The notes under the pieces: model-generated | What the model saw: only the letters and a program-made list of their open reading frames with translations | Told to the model about the DNA's origin: nothing | Databases searched by the model: none | Virus record (IMG/VR): IMGVR_UViG_3300027881_000007 | Location: 1-64,000 of that record | Direction: 5' to 3' (one strand) | Source of the DNA: a virus | DNA: 64,000 bases | Shown here: positions 46,957 to 55,204 of the stretch, piece after piece | Position numbering within the stretch: the first letter of the stretch is position 1 | How the letters are laid out: the number at the start of each line of letters is the position of its first letter | Program-made: the position numbers and the translations under genes

Positions 46957-47220
46957 CTATATATGCAGGAACAATGATGCCATAGCTCCACCAAATAATA
47001 TTACCCAAAATATCAACTTCATAGCTTCCACTGTATCAAATAGGTTCTTCCTAATCACACCACACCTACTATTATATAAAATACATTGCTCACACACTTC
47101 AGTACATATAGTTTCAATGAGGCATCTCTCACAGGGGTTTCTTAGTATCTTAACCCTGTTGAGTCCTTCTATCAACTTGTCATCCCATATCCATTGACGG
47201 TCATCCATATTGTCATCCAT
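46957..47220 (-). CDS. CxxCx5Cx3C family protein with C-terminal TM
   Basis: CERCLIETICTEVC. Confidence 0.7.
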   Translation of the reverse strand: MDDNMDDRQWIWDDKLIEGLNRVKILRNPCERCLIETICTEVCEQCILYNSRCGVIRKNLFDTVEAMKLIFWVILFGGAMASLFLHI

Positions 47221-47262
47221 CCCAACTCCTACCTTGAAAACTCAGAGTCCAAGTCCGAATTT

Positions 47263-47673
47263 TCATTGAGGTCCATACTTGGGTAATGTGATCCAGGGTT
47301 TTTTGTATTCAGTCTTGCTAAAACTAACCTTCTCTGAATAATAACCATTTGATTCACCTAACCATCTAATGGTCACAGAACCTATAATGGTTGACAACTT
47401 ATAGAATGTCCATGTAAAACTCTCACTACCATACTCCACAGAGTGGTCGTGCTTCTCATTACTAACAACCTCTTCGGCCAACAGTATGGGGTTACCAATT
47501 AAATCCTTTAAATCTCCAACAACATCCACGATGTTGACGGTTTCACATCAGTCTTTGGCATGATACATCTTATATATATCACCTTCTTCGGTGGTAAATG
47601 TCATCTCCGTACTGCCTACATTACCATTGATCTCCTTTATGATCTCATTTTTCATTTCTTCGAACCTTGCCAC
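47263..47673 (-). CDS. conserved phage protein (YHxxD-U-CE); predicted selenoprotein (TGA at 47548-47550)
   Basis: GGAGG RBS plus GTG at 47673, in frame through [12 protein letters not shown] into [16 protein letters not shown]...[18 protein letters not shown]. Confidence 0.8.
47516..47540 (-). promoter_or_regulatory. putative bacterial SECIS hairpin
   Basis: CCGT-CAACATC-GTG-GATGTTG-TTGG; loop starts 18 nt after the TGA and begins with G. Confidence 0.65.
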
Positions 47674-47963
47674 TTGTCGTCCCTCCGCCTCAATTCAAAT
47701 TGATACTCATTACCGTCCCTGAACTCCAGCCTGTGGATACACAACTCCCACCATAGTAGTTTAATGGACTTCCATTTTAGTTTGATTGTCATCTTCAACT
47801 CCTTGAACTCTTCCATCAACTTAATGTATTCGTCTGCAGCTATCTTATCTATAATATAAGTAGAACTCATGAGGCTGTGTCTTTCTAATCTCTGTATGAT
47901 ATTGTTCTTCATCCTTTCGATGACTCTATCTATTGCATCATTCCATCCTTTGTAATAGTCCAT
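47652..47963 (-). CDS. hypothetical protein
   Basis: Tiled ORF starting MDYYKGWNDAI. Confidence 0.6.
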   Translation of the reverse strand: MDYYKGWNDAIDRVIERMKNNIIQRLERHSLMSSTYIIDKIAADEYIKLMEEFKELKMTIKLKWKSIKLLWWELCIHRLEFRDGNEYQFELRRRDDKWQGSKK

Positions 47964-47969
47964 AATCCG

Positions 47970-48287
47970 TCACTCTACGAGAGTGTCCACAATATAGTTT
48001 AGGTTTTCTATTAACTCGTCCTCACTAACCTTATATGTACATCCTCCTAACCATCCCATCATTGCTCCATAAACTGTATGATAATTCTGACACGCTCCAC
48101 TACATATAGTGAATACTAGACAGTCTGTGCATATTTCTCTAACAACCAATGTTACTACGGCCATTAAATCCCATCCACTTCGAATGATCTTTGTGTGATC
48201 TTGTGCGGCCAAGTTTATACTGCTATGGTTGTATTTGAAGTCTGCCACACTGGGGATAATGTCAATTTTCTTCATGATTGCTGTCAT
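47970..48287 (-). CDS. CxxCx5Cx3C family protein
   Basis: CTDCLVFTICSGAC. Confidence 0.7.
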   Translation of the reverse strand: MTAIMKKIDIIPSVADFKYNHSSINLAAQDHTKIIRSGWDLMAVVTLVVREICTDCLVFTICSGACQNYHTVYGAMMGWLGGCTYKVSEDELIENLNYIVDTLVE

Positions 48288-48543
48288 CTTCTTCTTTAAA
48301 CTCCTTTAATATAGTCCAGAACTTCTCTTCTATTCTCTTTTTAGATACATTTAGGTCAGCTATATCTACTAACCATTTCCACATACGACCATAGACCGCG
48401 TCGAAACTAGGGCAACCTATGGTGCAAGTCGATACCACGAGACATTCCTTACAGAGGTTTTCGTCTATTAGGGGTCTGGTTGTCTCTGTGGCATCTTGAT
48501 ATAATGCCTCGACCCTCACTTCGAGGTCATGTATGTTGGACAT
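48262..48543 (-). CDS. CxxCx5Cx3C family protein
   Basis: CKECLVVSTCTIGC. Confidence 0.7.
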   Translation of the reverse strand: MSNIHDLEVRVEALYQDATETTRPLIDENLCKECLVVSTCTIGCPSFDAVYGRMWKWLVDIADLNVSKKRIEEKFWTILKEFKEEDDSNHEEN

Positions 48544-48763
48544 CCTTTATAATCTCCTTGAAGTCTATTATATTCCAAAAGTCCGTAAAACCTTGACAGG
48601 GTAATTTCCAACCCATATGTGTAGAACGCCAGTTGGTATCACCCCACATACCAATGCTGATTTTAGATTCGCCACACCTCTCACAGTACCACATCTCTCC
48701 GCCACCAATCCATTTGTGGGTACGGTCATATCTATAGACTTCTCTATCACTTATAGTTGTCAT
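48527..48763 (-). CDS. small Zn-binding protein
   Basis: HKW...CERCG...C. Confidence 0.5.
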   Translation of the reverse strand: MTTISDREVYRYDRTHKWIGGGEMWYCERCGESKISIGMWGDTNWRSTHMGWKLPCQGFTDFWNIIDFKEIIKDVQHT

Positions 48764-48971
48764 ACTTAGACTTCCAGGGCTTCCAGTAGTAGGGACAATA
48801 TAAACCTTTTTTACCTGCCTGGGGGCTGTGGCAATAACATACTCTACCTATCTTTATTCCGTGCATACAATAACCTTTTATATTCATTTTATGCCACTCA
48901 CATTCATTTTGTCTACTTTTAAATTCTATGATAATTCTCCACTCACATAGTCTAAACCGAGGCACTCCCAT
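48747..48971 (-). CDS. small Cys-rich protein
   Basis: Tiled ORF with 6 Cys. Confidence 0.45.
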   Translation of the reverse strand: MGVPRFRLCEWRIIIEFKSRQNECEWHKMNIKGYCMHGIKIGRVCYCHSPQAGKKGLYCPYYWKPWKSKYDNYK

Positions 48972-49213
48972 AGGTCTTCTCTTAAACTACCATATACCCA
49001 CCAAGTGCAATGCTCTCGTCTTATAGTGTGACAAGTAACACAAGTTTTGAATGTATTGAATCGACCATCCCATTTACCATTAACTCTTTCATACTTCTGC
49101 CCTGGTAGAATCGGTTCACCACATTCACAACACTTATGGGTCTTCCTGGCAACTACAACCTTCTCTGTAGCAAACTCAGGCATATCGCCCGTGTCATTAC
49201 ATACACATTTCAT
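48926..49213 (-). CDS. phage zinc-finger protein
   Basis: ARKTHKCCECG..I.PG..Y...CVTC. Confidence 0.7.
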   Translation of the reverse strand: MKCVCNDTGDMPEFATEKVVVARKTHKCCECGEPILPGQKYERVNGKWDGRFNTFKTCVTCHTIRREHCTWWVYGSLREDLWECLGLDYVSGELS

Positions 49214-49500
49214 GTTGAATCTCCAATCTCTATTTGCTTGTTCTTAAATAGGTTTTCGTGACCCTGAAAACCAGGGAACAGCTGATAATAAGATAGTCCA
49301 TCTGCCTTAATTTCATCTAATTCAACAGATAAATGTGTAGGTATAAAGTCTCCTGAATATTCAGAACTTTTATTTGAGAGGTATATATTTGTAACTATAT
49401 GTCCAGTCTCTTGATGGAATTTATATAATAGTTGGGCAAGTCGGGATTCAAGTTCACACCTCTTCTTCTTTATTTTCTCTAGGTCTTTCATCTTCTTCAT
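49210..49500 (-). CDS. hypothetical protein
   Basis: AAGGAG RBS, coupled to neighbours. Confidence 0.6.
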   Translation of the reverse strand: MKKMKDLEKIKKKRCELESRLAQLLYKFHQETGHIVTNIYLSNKSSEYSGDFIPTHLSVELDEIKADGLSYYQLFPGFQGHENLFKNKQIEIGDST

Positions 49501-49501
49501 T

Positions 49502-49747
49502 TCAACTCCTTCTCTTTGAGGACTTAGACTTCAGTTTCTTGATTTTGTGTCCCTTCACTTTGTGAGGTGGCAACTTATAACCTACAAGCTCCCCCGAGAA
49601 TCTGCCAAATACATCCATGGGTTTTAGTCTTTTATTGCACACGGGACATCTATATTTCTTATCATTATCGTCGAACCATGCTTCACCAGTACACCAGTCG
49701 CTCATTCTAAATCTCCCATGACCTCCCTTACCTTCTCGCTTGCTCAA
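49502..49747 (-). CDS. small basic zinc-finger protein
   Basis: C...CPVC...PPH. Confidence 0.55.
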   Translation of the reverse strand: MSKREGKGGHGRFRMSDWCTGEAWFDDNDKKYRCPVCNKRLKPMDVFGRFSGELVGYKLPPHKVKGHKIKKLKSKSSKRRS

Positions 49748-50108
49748 CTAAACCTTCTATTCTGTCTAATATTCCTAAGTAATTTAATTCGCCGGCCGTG
49801 TACTTGTGCTCATTATCATTTAACCACTGTACCATGCTTTTATATGTATCTAAGTACTCTGAACACACAACTTTACACACTGGGTCAACTAAACATTCCC
49901 CACATACTACACCTGATATAACAGTTAGTACTTCTCTAGCCGTGGGACCACACTCAAATTTATAGTTTAAACCTATCATCTTAATATTTACTGTTGGCTT
50001 CTTACATCCCTTTAGTTGTTGGTGTTCCTTCGAACCGGACGGGATGTTTATATAAATGGGGTCTACTGCTGTTAATTTATCTCTCATTATTTCCATCAAT
50101 TCCCCCAA
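49728..50108 (-). CDS. CxxCx5Cx3C family protein
   Basis: CGECLVDPVCKVVC. Confidence 0.7.
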   Translation of the reverse strand: MGELMEIMRDKLTAVDPIYINIPSGSKEHQQLKGCKKPTVNIKMIGLNYKFECGPTAREVLTVISGVVCGECLVDPVCKVVCSEYLDTYKSMVQWLNDNEHKYTAGELNYLGILDRIEGLVEQARR

Positions 50109-50326
50109 GTCTCTACTAACTCGTCTAGTTTTATTTTGAACTCATCTTCTGTAACATTGTATCCTTTTATCCTGGAGAACCAACTTATCATTGTTCCATG
50201 TATCATGGAGTAGTTGTGACATGACATTTCACATATGAAACCAACCAGGCAGTCCTTACATACAACTTCCTCTATAGCAATTAATATATGTCTACCCCAT
50301 CCCGGTTTCCATTCTACTTGCTCCAC
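50096..50326 (-). CDS. CxxCx5Cx3C family protein
   Basis: CKDCLVGFICEMSC. Confidence 0.7.
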   Translation of the reverse strand: MEQVEWKPGWGRHILIAIEEVVCKDCLVGFICEMSCHNYSMIHGTMISWFSRIKGYNVTEDEFKIKLDELVETWGN

Positions 50327-50574
50327 GTTTCACCCTTCTTCCTCTGTATTACACTCATTGCCTGCCTGAGAAAATGTTGCTCAACCTTCTTTGTATAGGG
50401 ACGACTTTTGTCTATTCTACCAGTTGCACGTTCCGCCCAATCATACTTTCCTCTGCCGTCACAATGAGGACATACAATTGCCTCTGGTTCAAATGGTTCA
50501 TCATTCGTGGGTGCTAATACTAGTCCAACTCCACTACATTGACCACATAAATATTCACCCTCTTTTAATCTCAC
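50314..50574 (-). CDS. DnaJ-type CxxCxGxG zinc-finger protein
   Basis: CGQCSGVG and CPHCDGRG. Confidence 0.7.
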   Translation of the reverse strand: MRLKEGEYLCGQCSGVGLVLAPTNDEPFEPEAIVCPHCDGRGKYDWAERATGRIDKSRPYTKKVEQHFLRQAMSVIQRKKGETWSK

Positions 50575-50815
50575 TAAATCTATCCTTCCATGTTTCGTGT
50601 GTAATCAATATAGCCTTCGCTCGATGTGAGAGTATACCTTTAGCTTCAAATACTTCCCATAGTTCATCACAGACTTCACTACAGTTCATAAACAATATGC
50701 AGTCACTACATTTCTCTTCGACTACCTGAGTTGCCTTGTCGGCCATCTCACTCCAGTCTTGTTTGTTCTTCGTTATTTCTCTTGGGAATAGTTTCACTTT
50801 ATATAATCTCCCCAT
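50555..50815 (-). CDS. CxxCx5Cx3C family protein
   Basis: CSDCILFMNCSEVC. Confidence 0.7.
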   Translation of the reverse strand: MGRLYKVKLFPREITKNKQDWSEMADKATQVVEEKCSDCILFMNCSEVCDELWEVFEAKGILSHRAKAILITHETWKDRFSEIKRG

Positions 50816-51000
50816 CTATCAACTACATGTCTCACTCGATGTGCCATACTTACAGGGGTTATGAGATCTAAAGGGATATTGATATTATTCTCCCTTAATA
50901 CCTCGTATAAGTCGACACAGGATTCGCTACATCTGGTGTACAATAGGCATCCCTGACATTTCTCTAAAATAATTTCAACTAATCTTTCAGCTTCTCTCAT
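50794..51000 (-). CDS. CxxCx5Cx3C family protein
   Basis: CQGCLLYTRCSESC. Confidence 0.7.
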   Translation of the reverse strand: MREAERLVEIILEKCQGCLLYTRCSESCVDLYEVLRENNINIPLDLITPVSMAHRVRHVVDRWGDYIK

Positions 51001-51216
51001 TTAATACTTATTCCTCCACGCATTCCGTATGAGTATACCCATTACTCGATGTGTATAGATTTTCTCCCTTTCAAATTCGCTCCACAACTCATCACAGACT
51101 TCACTACAATTCACTTGTACTATACACTTTTTACAATGTCCTCTAATAAGTTTAAGAGCTCTATCCACTTTTTCATTATCTGATAGTTCACGATCCTTCA
51201 TATGGAACCTCTTCAC
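51001..51216 (-). CDS. CxxCx5Cx3C family protein
   Basis: CKKCIVQVNCSEVC. Confidence 0.7.
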   Translation of the reverse strand: MKRFHMKDRELSDNEKVDRALKLIRGHCKKCIVQVNCSEVCDELWSEFEREKIYTHRVMGILIRNAWRNKY

Positions 51217-51463
51217 TTGTAACAGTATGCTTAAGAAACTTAACCATAGTTAGAATGTCTTTTTCTTCCATATCCCCTTGTGCTTTAATCCTCTCTAGAG
51301 AGGTCATGTATATCTCATTAAACTCGGGGCAAATGTCAGAGCATGTTGTACTAACTAAACAATCAGGACAGAGCACTTTGACTATTGTAATCGCCATTAC
51401 TCTTATCGCTCTGGCTGGAACTTGAGGTTGATTCGTTGCTTTGTGACTATAACTATGTCTCAT
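51188..51463 (-). CDS. CxxCx5Cx3C family protein
   Basis: CPDCLVSTTCSDIC. Confidence 0.7.
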   Translation of the reverse strand: MRHSYSHKATNQPQVPARAIRVMAITIVKVLCPDCLVSTTCSDICPEFNEIYMTSLERIKAQGDMEEKDILTMVKFLKHTVTSEEVPYEGS

Positions 51464-51693
51464 TTTAGAGCATCCAGTATGGCAACTACATGGTTGCCCG
51501 TCGCACCACAGTAACCATTATATGCTTCTGGAACATTAATGTCCCACGTCTTAATAACATCCCACACAGCGTTAAATTCAGGTGTCTCCAGTTCTTCTGG
51601 TAGTGGATCTCTCCACTCGATTGGGTTCTTCAGTTCATTCACTTCTTTCACTTCTCTCTTCATTCGCTTGTCTCCTTTTAACCAAATAACCAA
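51460..51693 (-). CDS. hypothetical protein
   Basis: PEFNAVWDVIKTWDINVP...GATGNHV; start may be MKREV at 51663. Confidence 0.65.
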   Translation of the reverse strand: MVIWLKGDKRMKREVKEVNELKNPIEWRDPLPEELETPEFNAVWDVIKTWDINVPEAYNGYCGATGNHVVAILDALK

Positions 51694-51908
51694 TGAGCAA
51701 AGTCTAACAGTACCATATCTCTAAACTTTAAAATGAATCCATATAATCCGAAAACAATCAAAACTAGATATAAAAATCCTAAGAACATCGCAATAGTTGC
51801 TAGTGCAGATGCCAGGACTGCCAACCAGTGAAGTATTTTACGCCACCAGGGCAGTCCGGCATACCATTTTTCAAATGGTTTAGGATATTTCTGTTTAACT
51901 TTTGCCAC
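51678..51908 (-). CDS. small membrane protein
   Basis: Long hydrophobic segment. Confidence 0.55.
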   Translation of the reverse strand: MAKVKQKYPKPFEKWYAGLPWWRKILHWLAVLASALATIAMFLGFLYLVLIVFGLYGFILKFRDMVLLDFAHWLFG

Positions 51909-52064
51909 TGCAAAATCCTATGCTTATCATTTCTTAAATAAAGATTTAACCCACTCAACAAACTTATCAACGTACTTCTTCACCAACGCTGGTTGTGCAA
52001 TAAAATTCCAACCAACTATTAAACCTATTCCAAAACTAATAATAAGGTCCATAATAATTGCCTC

Positions 52065-52271
52065 CTAGTATGGTATGATTGTGATTAAATCGGCCACCCC
52101 ATAACCTCCGTGGCCATTGCCCTCGCAGTTGTGCATATTAAATAGATGATCTCGGGGCACTTTGAATGTATTACTAATTAGGACATCCTGTAAAATTTTA
52201 TCTGGTACTATTTTCTCTTCTTTGTAAGTTAGTCCACAGTTTCTACAAGTGTAGACGAACTCGTTTTCCAT
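52065..52271 (-). CDS. small zinc-ribbon protein
   Basis: CRNCG...HNC. Confidence 0.55.
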   Translation of the reverse strand: MENEFVYTCRNCGLTYKEEKIVPDKILQDVLISNTFKVPRDHLFNMHNCEGNGHGGYGVADLITIIPY

Positions 52272-52486
52272 GTTCCCTCCTCCTTCATTCGTTGTATATC
52301 ACTGACTTTTGTAAGATGACACCCACAAGTACACCATGTGAATCTTTTATCCTTTTCAAATAGTTCATATTCCTTTTCTTGTTTAAATCTTTCTATTGAT
52401 TCTGGAGACCATGTTTGATTACAGTTGTAGCATTTCCATAACCATCTATAATCATCTGGAAGTTTTCCCATTGTTTTTACTCCCAA
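52229..52486 (-). CDS. small zinc-ribbon protein
   Basis: CYNC...CTCG. Confidence 0.5.
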   Translation of the reverse strand: MGVKTMGKLPDDYRWLWKCYNCNQTWSPESIERFKQEKEYELFEKDKRFTWCTCGCHLTKVSDIQRMKEEGTWKTSSSTLVETVD

Positions 52487-52668
52487 TAAATACAGTCAAC
52501 GGGGCACACTTCCATTGCCTCTGCTATACATTCTTGATCAGTACTATCTGGGTCGATAACTTCTGCCAGCTCTGTGGACTCATTAAAACGAAATATGTCA
52601 GGACATACAATGACACAATTTTCACATCCATTACATTCATCCGCATCTATTCTAACTCCTTTAGCCAT
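52477..52668 (-). CDS. fdx: single-cluster [4Fe-4S] ferredoxin
   Basis: CNGCENCVIVCP...EAMEVCPVDCI (CxxCxxC plus distal CP), acidic, 63 aa; AAGGAG RBS. Confidence 0.92.
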   Translation of the reverse strand: MAKGVRIDADECNGCENCVIVCPDIFRFNESTELAEVIDPDSTDQECIAEAMEVCPVDCIYWE

Positions 52669-52679
52669 ACCTAACTCCT

Positions 52680-52907
52680 TTATGTATATTGATGATTCTT
52701 CTGTTCTTTCACATCTCTTGCCATTGATAATAACTCCGCTTTACGTTCAACTGTTCTATCGTGATGTCTAGTGTCTGCACACATTATCATTAGATAATCT
52801 ATGCCTTCACAGTATTCACTACAAGTTGCTCTAACTATACAACCTTTACATACTATTTCTTTAATTGCTTTCTTACATTCATTATACATACGAATATGTT
52901 CTTTCAT
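52680..52907 (-). CDS. CxxCx5Cx3C family protein
   Basis: CKGCIVRATCSEYC. Confidence 0.7.
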   Translation of the reverse strand: MKEHIRMYNECKKAIKEIVCKGCIVRATCSEYCEGIDYLMIMCADTRHHDRTVERKAELLSMARDVKEQKNHQYT

Positions 52908-53266
52908 CTACGGTCCTCTGCAAGTTTTCTCTTAAACGCATCTACACATCTTCCGCATATGTCATATTCTTCTTTAAGTTTTTCAATGTATGATTCGCTT
53001 CCGTCCCATACTTGTTTAGAAGGATACAAATCAATACCGCAGCATCCTCGGGATGATCCTCCTTTTATGTGCACTTTCTTAGATTTTGAGGTCTGTTTAA
53101 CAATTAGAACAAGTTTTCTAGTACCAACTCTTGCCTTTGCTCGTCTTTTCCTTCTTCTTTCTTCTAGTATAAAGTCTGGAACTACTCCACCAAATATGGA
53201 TCTACAGGGACCCATGTGTGCCTTTCCACAATCCCAACACCGATCAGTCATCTTCGTCTCCTTCAC
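52904..53266 (-). CDS. basic Cys-containing hypothetical protein
   Basis: CWDCG..H..C and CGRC. Confidence 0.55.
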   Translation of the reverse strand: MKETKMTDRCWDCGKAHMGPCRSIFGGVVPDFILEERRRKRRAKARVGTRKLVLIVKQTSKSKKVHIKGGSSRGCCGIDLYPSKQVWDGSESYIEKLKEEYDICGRCVDAFKRKLAEDRR

Positions 53267-53289
53267 TATTCACAGATACTCATCTTCAC

Positions 53290-53556
53290 TTATACATATA
53301 CTCCAACAATGATGCCACCGATTGTAAAAAATAAAAGATCTAATGCTGTATCGTCCCAATGACCTATAGGCCATTGATCAATTGTTTCTCGGGGTAGACC
53401 TAATAGAAAACCGCTTATCCCTCCCATGTACCAGTTGGGATTACTAGCTATAGGGTATAATGCAATTGCTGCCCAAGCTAAGTGAAAGAGTTGATCAAGT
53501 CTTTTTCTCCATGTCTTACCAATCAATTCATCAATCTTGTCTTTAATAGCCATCAT
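53290..53556 (-). CDS. small membrane protein
   Basis: DQLFH, RETID and DL motifs with TM segments. Confidence 0.6.
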   Translation of the reverse strand: MMAIKDKIDELIGKTWRKRLDQLFHLAWAAIALYPIASNPNWYMGGISGFLLGLPRETIDQWPIGHWDDTALDLLFFTIGGIIVGVYV

Positions 53557-53761
53557 CTTCCCCTTTAGTTAGTCCTTTCGCACTATCTATAGCTAATTGC
53601 TTAACCTCATCTGGAGACAACCTTCTACCTATTCTCCCCTCTATTGTATTCATTTGTCTATAAACGGGATTGAAAACTTCGCGATATGTATCGCACGGCA
53701 TATCACAAGTAGCATGAACTATACAACCTTTACATATTATCTCGACGACTTCTTCGATCAT
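53543..53761 (-). CDS. CxxCx5Cx3C family protein
   Basis: CKGCIVHATCDMPC. Confidence 0.7.
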   Translation of the reverse strand: MIEEVVEIICKGCIVHATCDMPCDTYREVFNPVYRQMNTIEGRIGRRLSPDEVKQLAIDSAKGLTKGEDDGY

Positions 53762-53769
53762 TATACTTC

Positions 53770-53985
53770 CTATGGAGAAGGTTTTAAGGCAACTCTTCTG
53801 ATTGCTTCTTCGTTTACAATGTAACTAAGATACTCGGCATTACCCACTAGTTTTTTGCACCCAGTACAATATACTCTAGGAATTCCACTTCCCTCCCATG
53901 CTAAGGGAGTTTCATGGGTCTCTCCACATTTGGGGCATATACACTCAGTAGGCACTTTCTTTAACTCGGGTCCTATTCTCCGCAT
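53770..53985 (-). CDS. small zinc-finger protein
   Basis: CPKCG...CTGC; AGGAGG RBS. Confidence 0.6.
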   Translation of the reverse strand: MRRIGPELKKVPTECICPKCGETHETPLAWEGSGIPRVYCTGCKKLVGNAEYLSYIVNEEAIRRVALKPSP

Positions 53986-53994
53986 TACTGCCTC

Positions 53995-54402
53995 CTAGAA
54001 TATAGCACCAAGTTTGCGAACCAGTAGATCCCATAGACTAACCGCTTTATCCCAATAAGCAACTACAAGGAAAAGCGTATTAATCATAGTCATAATGACA
54101 ATGATAGCAGTGTAACCAACAACTTTTCTGGAATACTTTTTAACCATCATAGATGATATAACTGAAGCAACAGCCTGAGATGTAATTATTCTTTGTAGGG
54201 ATTCAACTTCTCCCAAGTAATATTTTACACCACTGTCTGAATAGTAAAATATTCGCCTCAGTAAATCCTCTGGTCCTTCTTTCAACCAGGACTTTGTTAA
54301 CTCCATCGACTCATTGTTGGCATGTACCTTAATATCGTCGGGCACCTCTTTCTTATTTTTATTAATTTCTTTTAATACTTCTTCAAGTTTCTCTTCGCTC
54401 AT
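53995..54402 (-). CDS. membrane protein
   Basis: C-terminal TM segment. Confidence 0.6.
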   Translation of the reverse strand: MSEEKLEEVLKEINKNKKEVPDDIKVHANNESMELTKSWLKEGPEDLLRRIFYYSDSGVKYYLGEVESLQRIITSQAVASVISSMMVKKYSRKVVGYTAIIVIMTMINTLFLVVAYWDKAVSLWDLLVRKLGAIF

Positions 54403-54517
54403 CGGACGACCCTTTGATTAAAGATTTAAGTCTAGAGAAGAACCTGCCCATATACCTTCCAATTACAATACCTATAAAGGTATAGAGGAGTGGTTCATAT
54501 TCAGCAAATTTCATTGT

Positions 54518-54841
54518 CTACTTTCCCTTCGGTTTCTCCGGAATCTTCGGATGGGCCTTAATTGATTTCCTGACTTTCGCTGGAGATTTACCTTTACCTC
54601 TCCAATAGGTTGACGCATGGACTTCATCTTTAACAGTTGCACAAAACGCTTCAGGATCATCAAGTTTCCCTTTCATCTTCTTCACACATAACTTAAAGAA
54701 ACCGGGGGACTTCGGTCCCCCTTCAACTCCCTTCGAAAGAGTCATTCCAAACTTTTTAACGCTATCTCTTGTCCAACCTTTCGGATAGTTCTTAAAACCA
54801 GATTCTTGTAGATAGTTTAAATATTCATTAAGTACATTCAT
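54518..54841 (-). CDS. putative capsid-internal basic protein
   Basis: Leader VLNEYLNYLQE; promoter motif upstream. Confidence 0.65.
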   Translation of the reverse strand: MNVLNEYLNYLQESGFKNYPKGWTRDSVKKFGMTLSKGVEGGPKSPGFFKLCVKKMKGKLDDPEAFCATVKDEVHASTYWRGKGKSPAKVRKSIKAHPKIPEKPKGK

Positions 54842-54865
54842 AAGACACCTCTCACTTAATTTTAT

Positions 54866-54876
54866 ATTTGTTCCAA
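54866..54876 (-). promoter_or_regulatory. putative late promoter motif TTGGAACAAAT
   Basis: Recurrent motif. Confidence 0.55.
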
Positions 54877-54928
54877 ATTGCAGGAATTATAACGCGGGTA
54901 AAGCATTAGAAATAATATGGAAAATGTC

Positions 54929-55204
54929 TTATGGGCGAGGAATCTGATCTTTATCGTCTGGGGGAGAAGTTTTGGGAGATTTATCTTTAGGATCCTTCTT
55001 TTTAGCAGCAGCAGCCCACTCTTGAATCTTATTTGAACCTACATAAGCACCCCACAAAATTGCAACTAATTCTGGGGTTAAAGAAGGATATGGTTTTTCA
55101 AAATACCAAGCAAATGGAAACATAAATACAACCATACCTGTAAGAATTGTAGCAAAGAATGCAGTCTTTGAGGCCTTGTTATCAACACTCCATAAGAATT
55201 TCAT
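54929..55204 (-). CDS. holin-like two-TM protein
   Basis: Two TM segments and a charged C-tail; GAGGAG RBS before MKFLW; near spanin-like genes. Confidence 0.45.
   Translation of the reverse strand: MKFLWSVDNKASKTAFFATILTGMVVFMFPFAWYFEKPYPSLTPELVAILWGAYVGSNKIQEWAAAAKKKDPKDKSPKTSPPDDKDQIPRP

Noticed and set aside
47221-47265. Hairpin overlapping the TGA stop of 47263-47673, in frame with the next gene
   Set aside because: Readthrough would need two TGAs with no Cys-like context, and the next gene has its own AGGAG RBS; more likely a processing or pause hairpin
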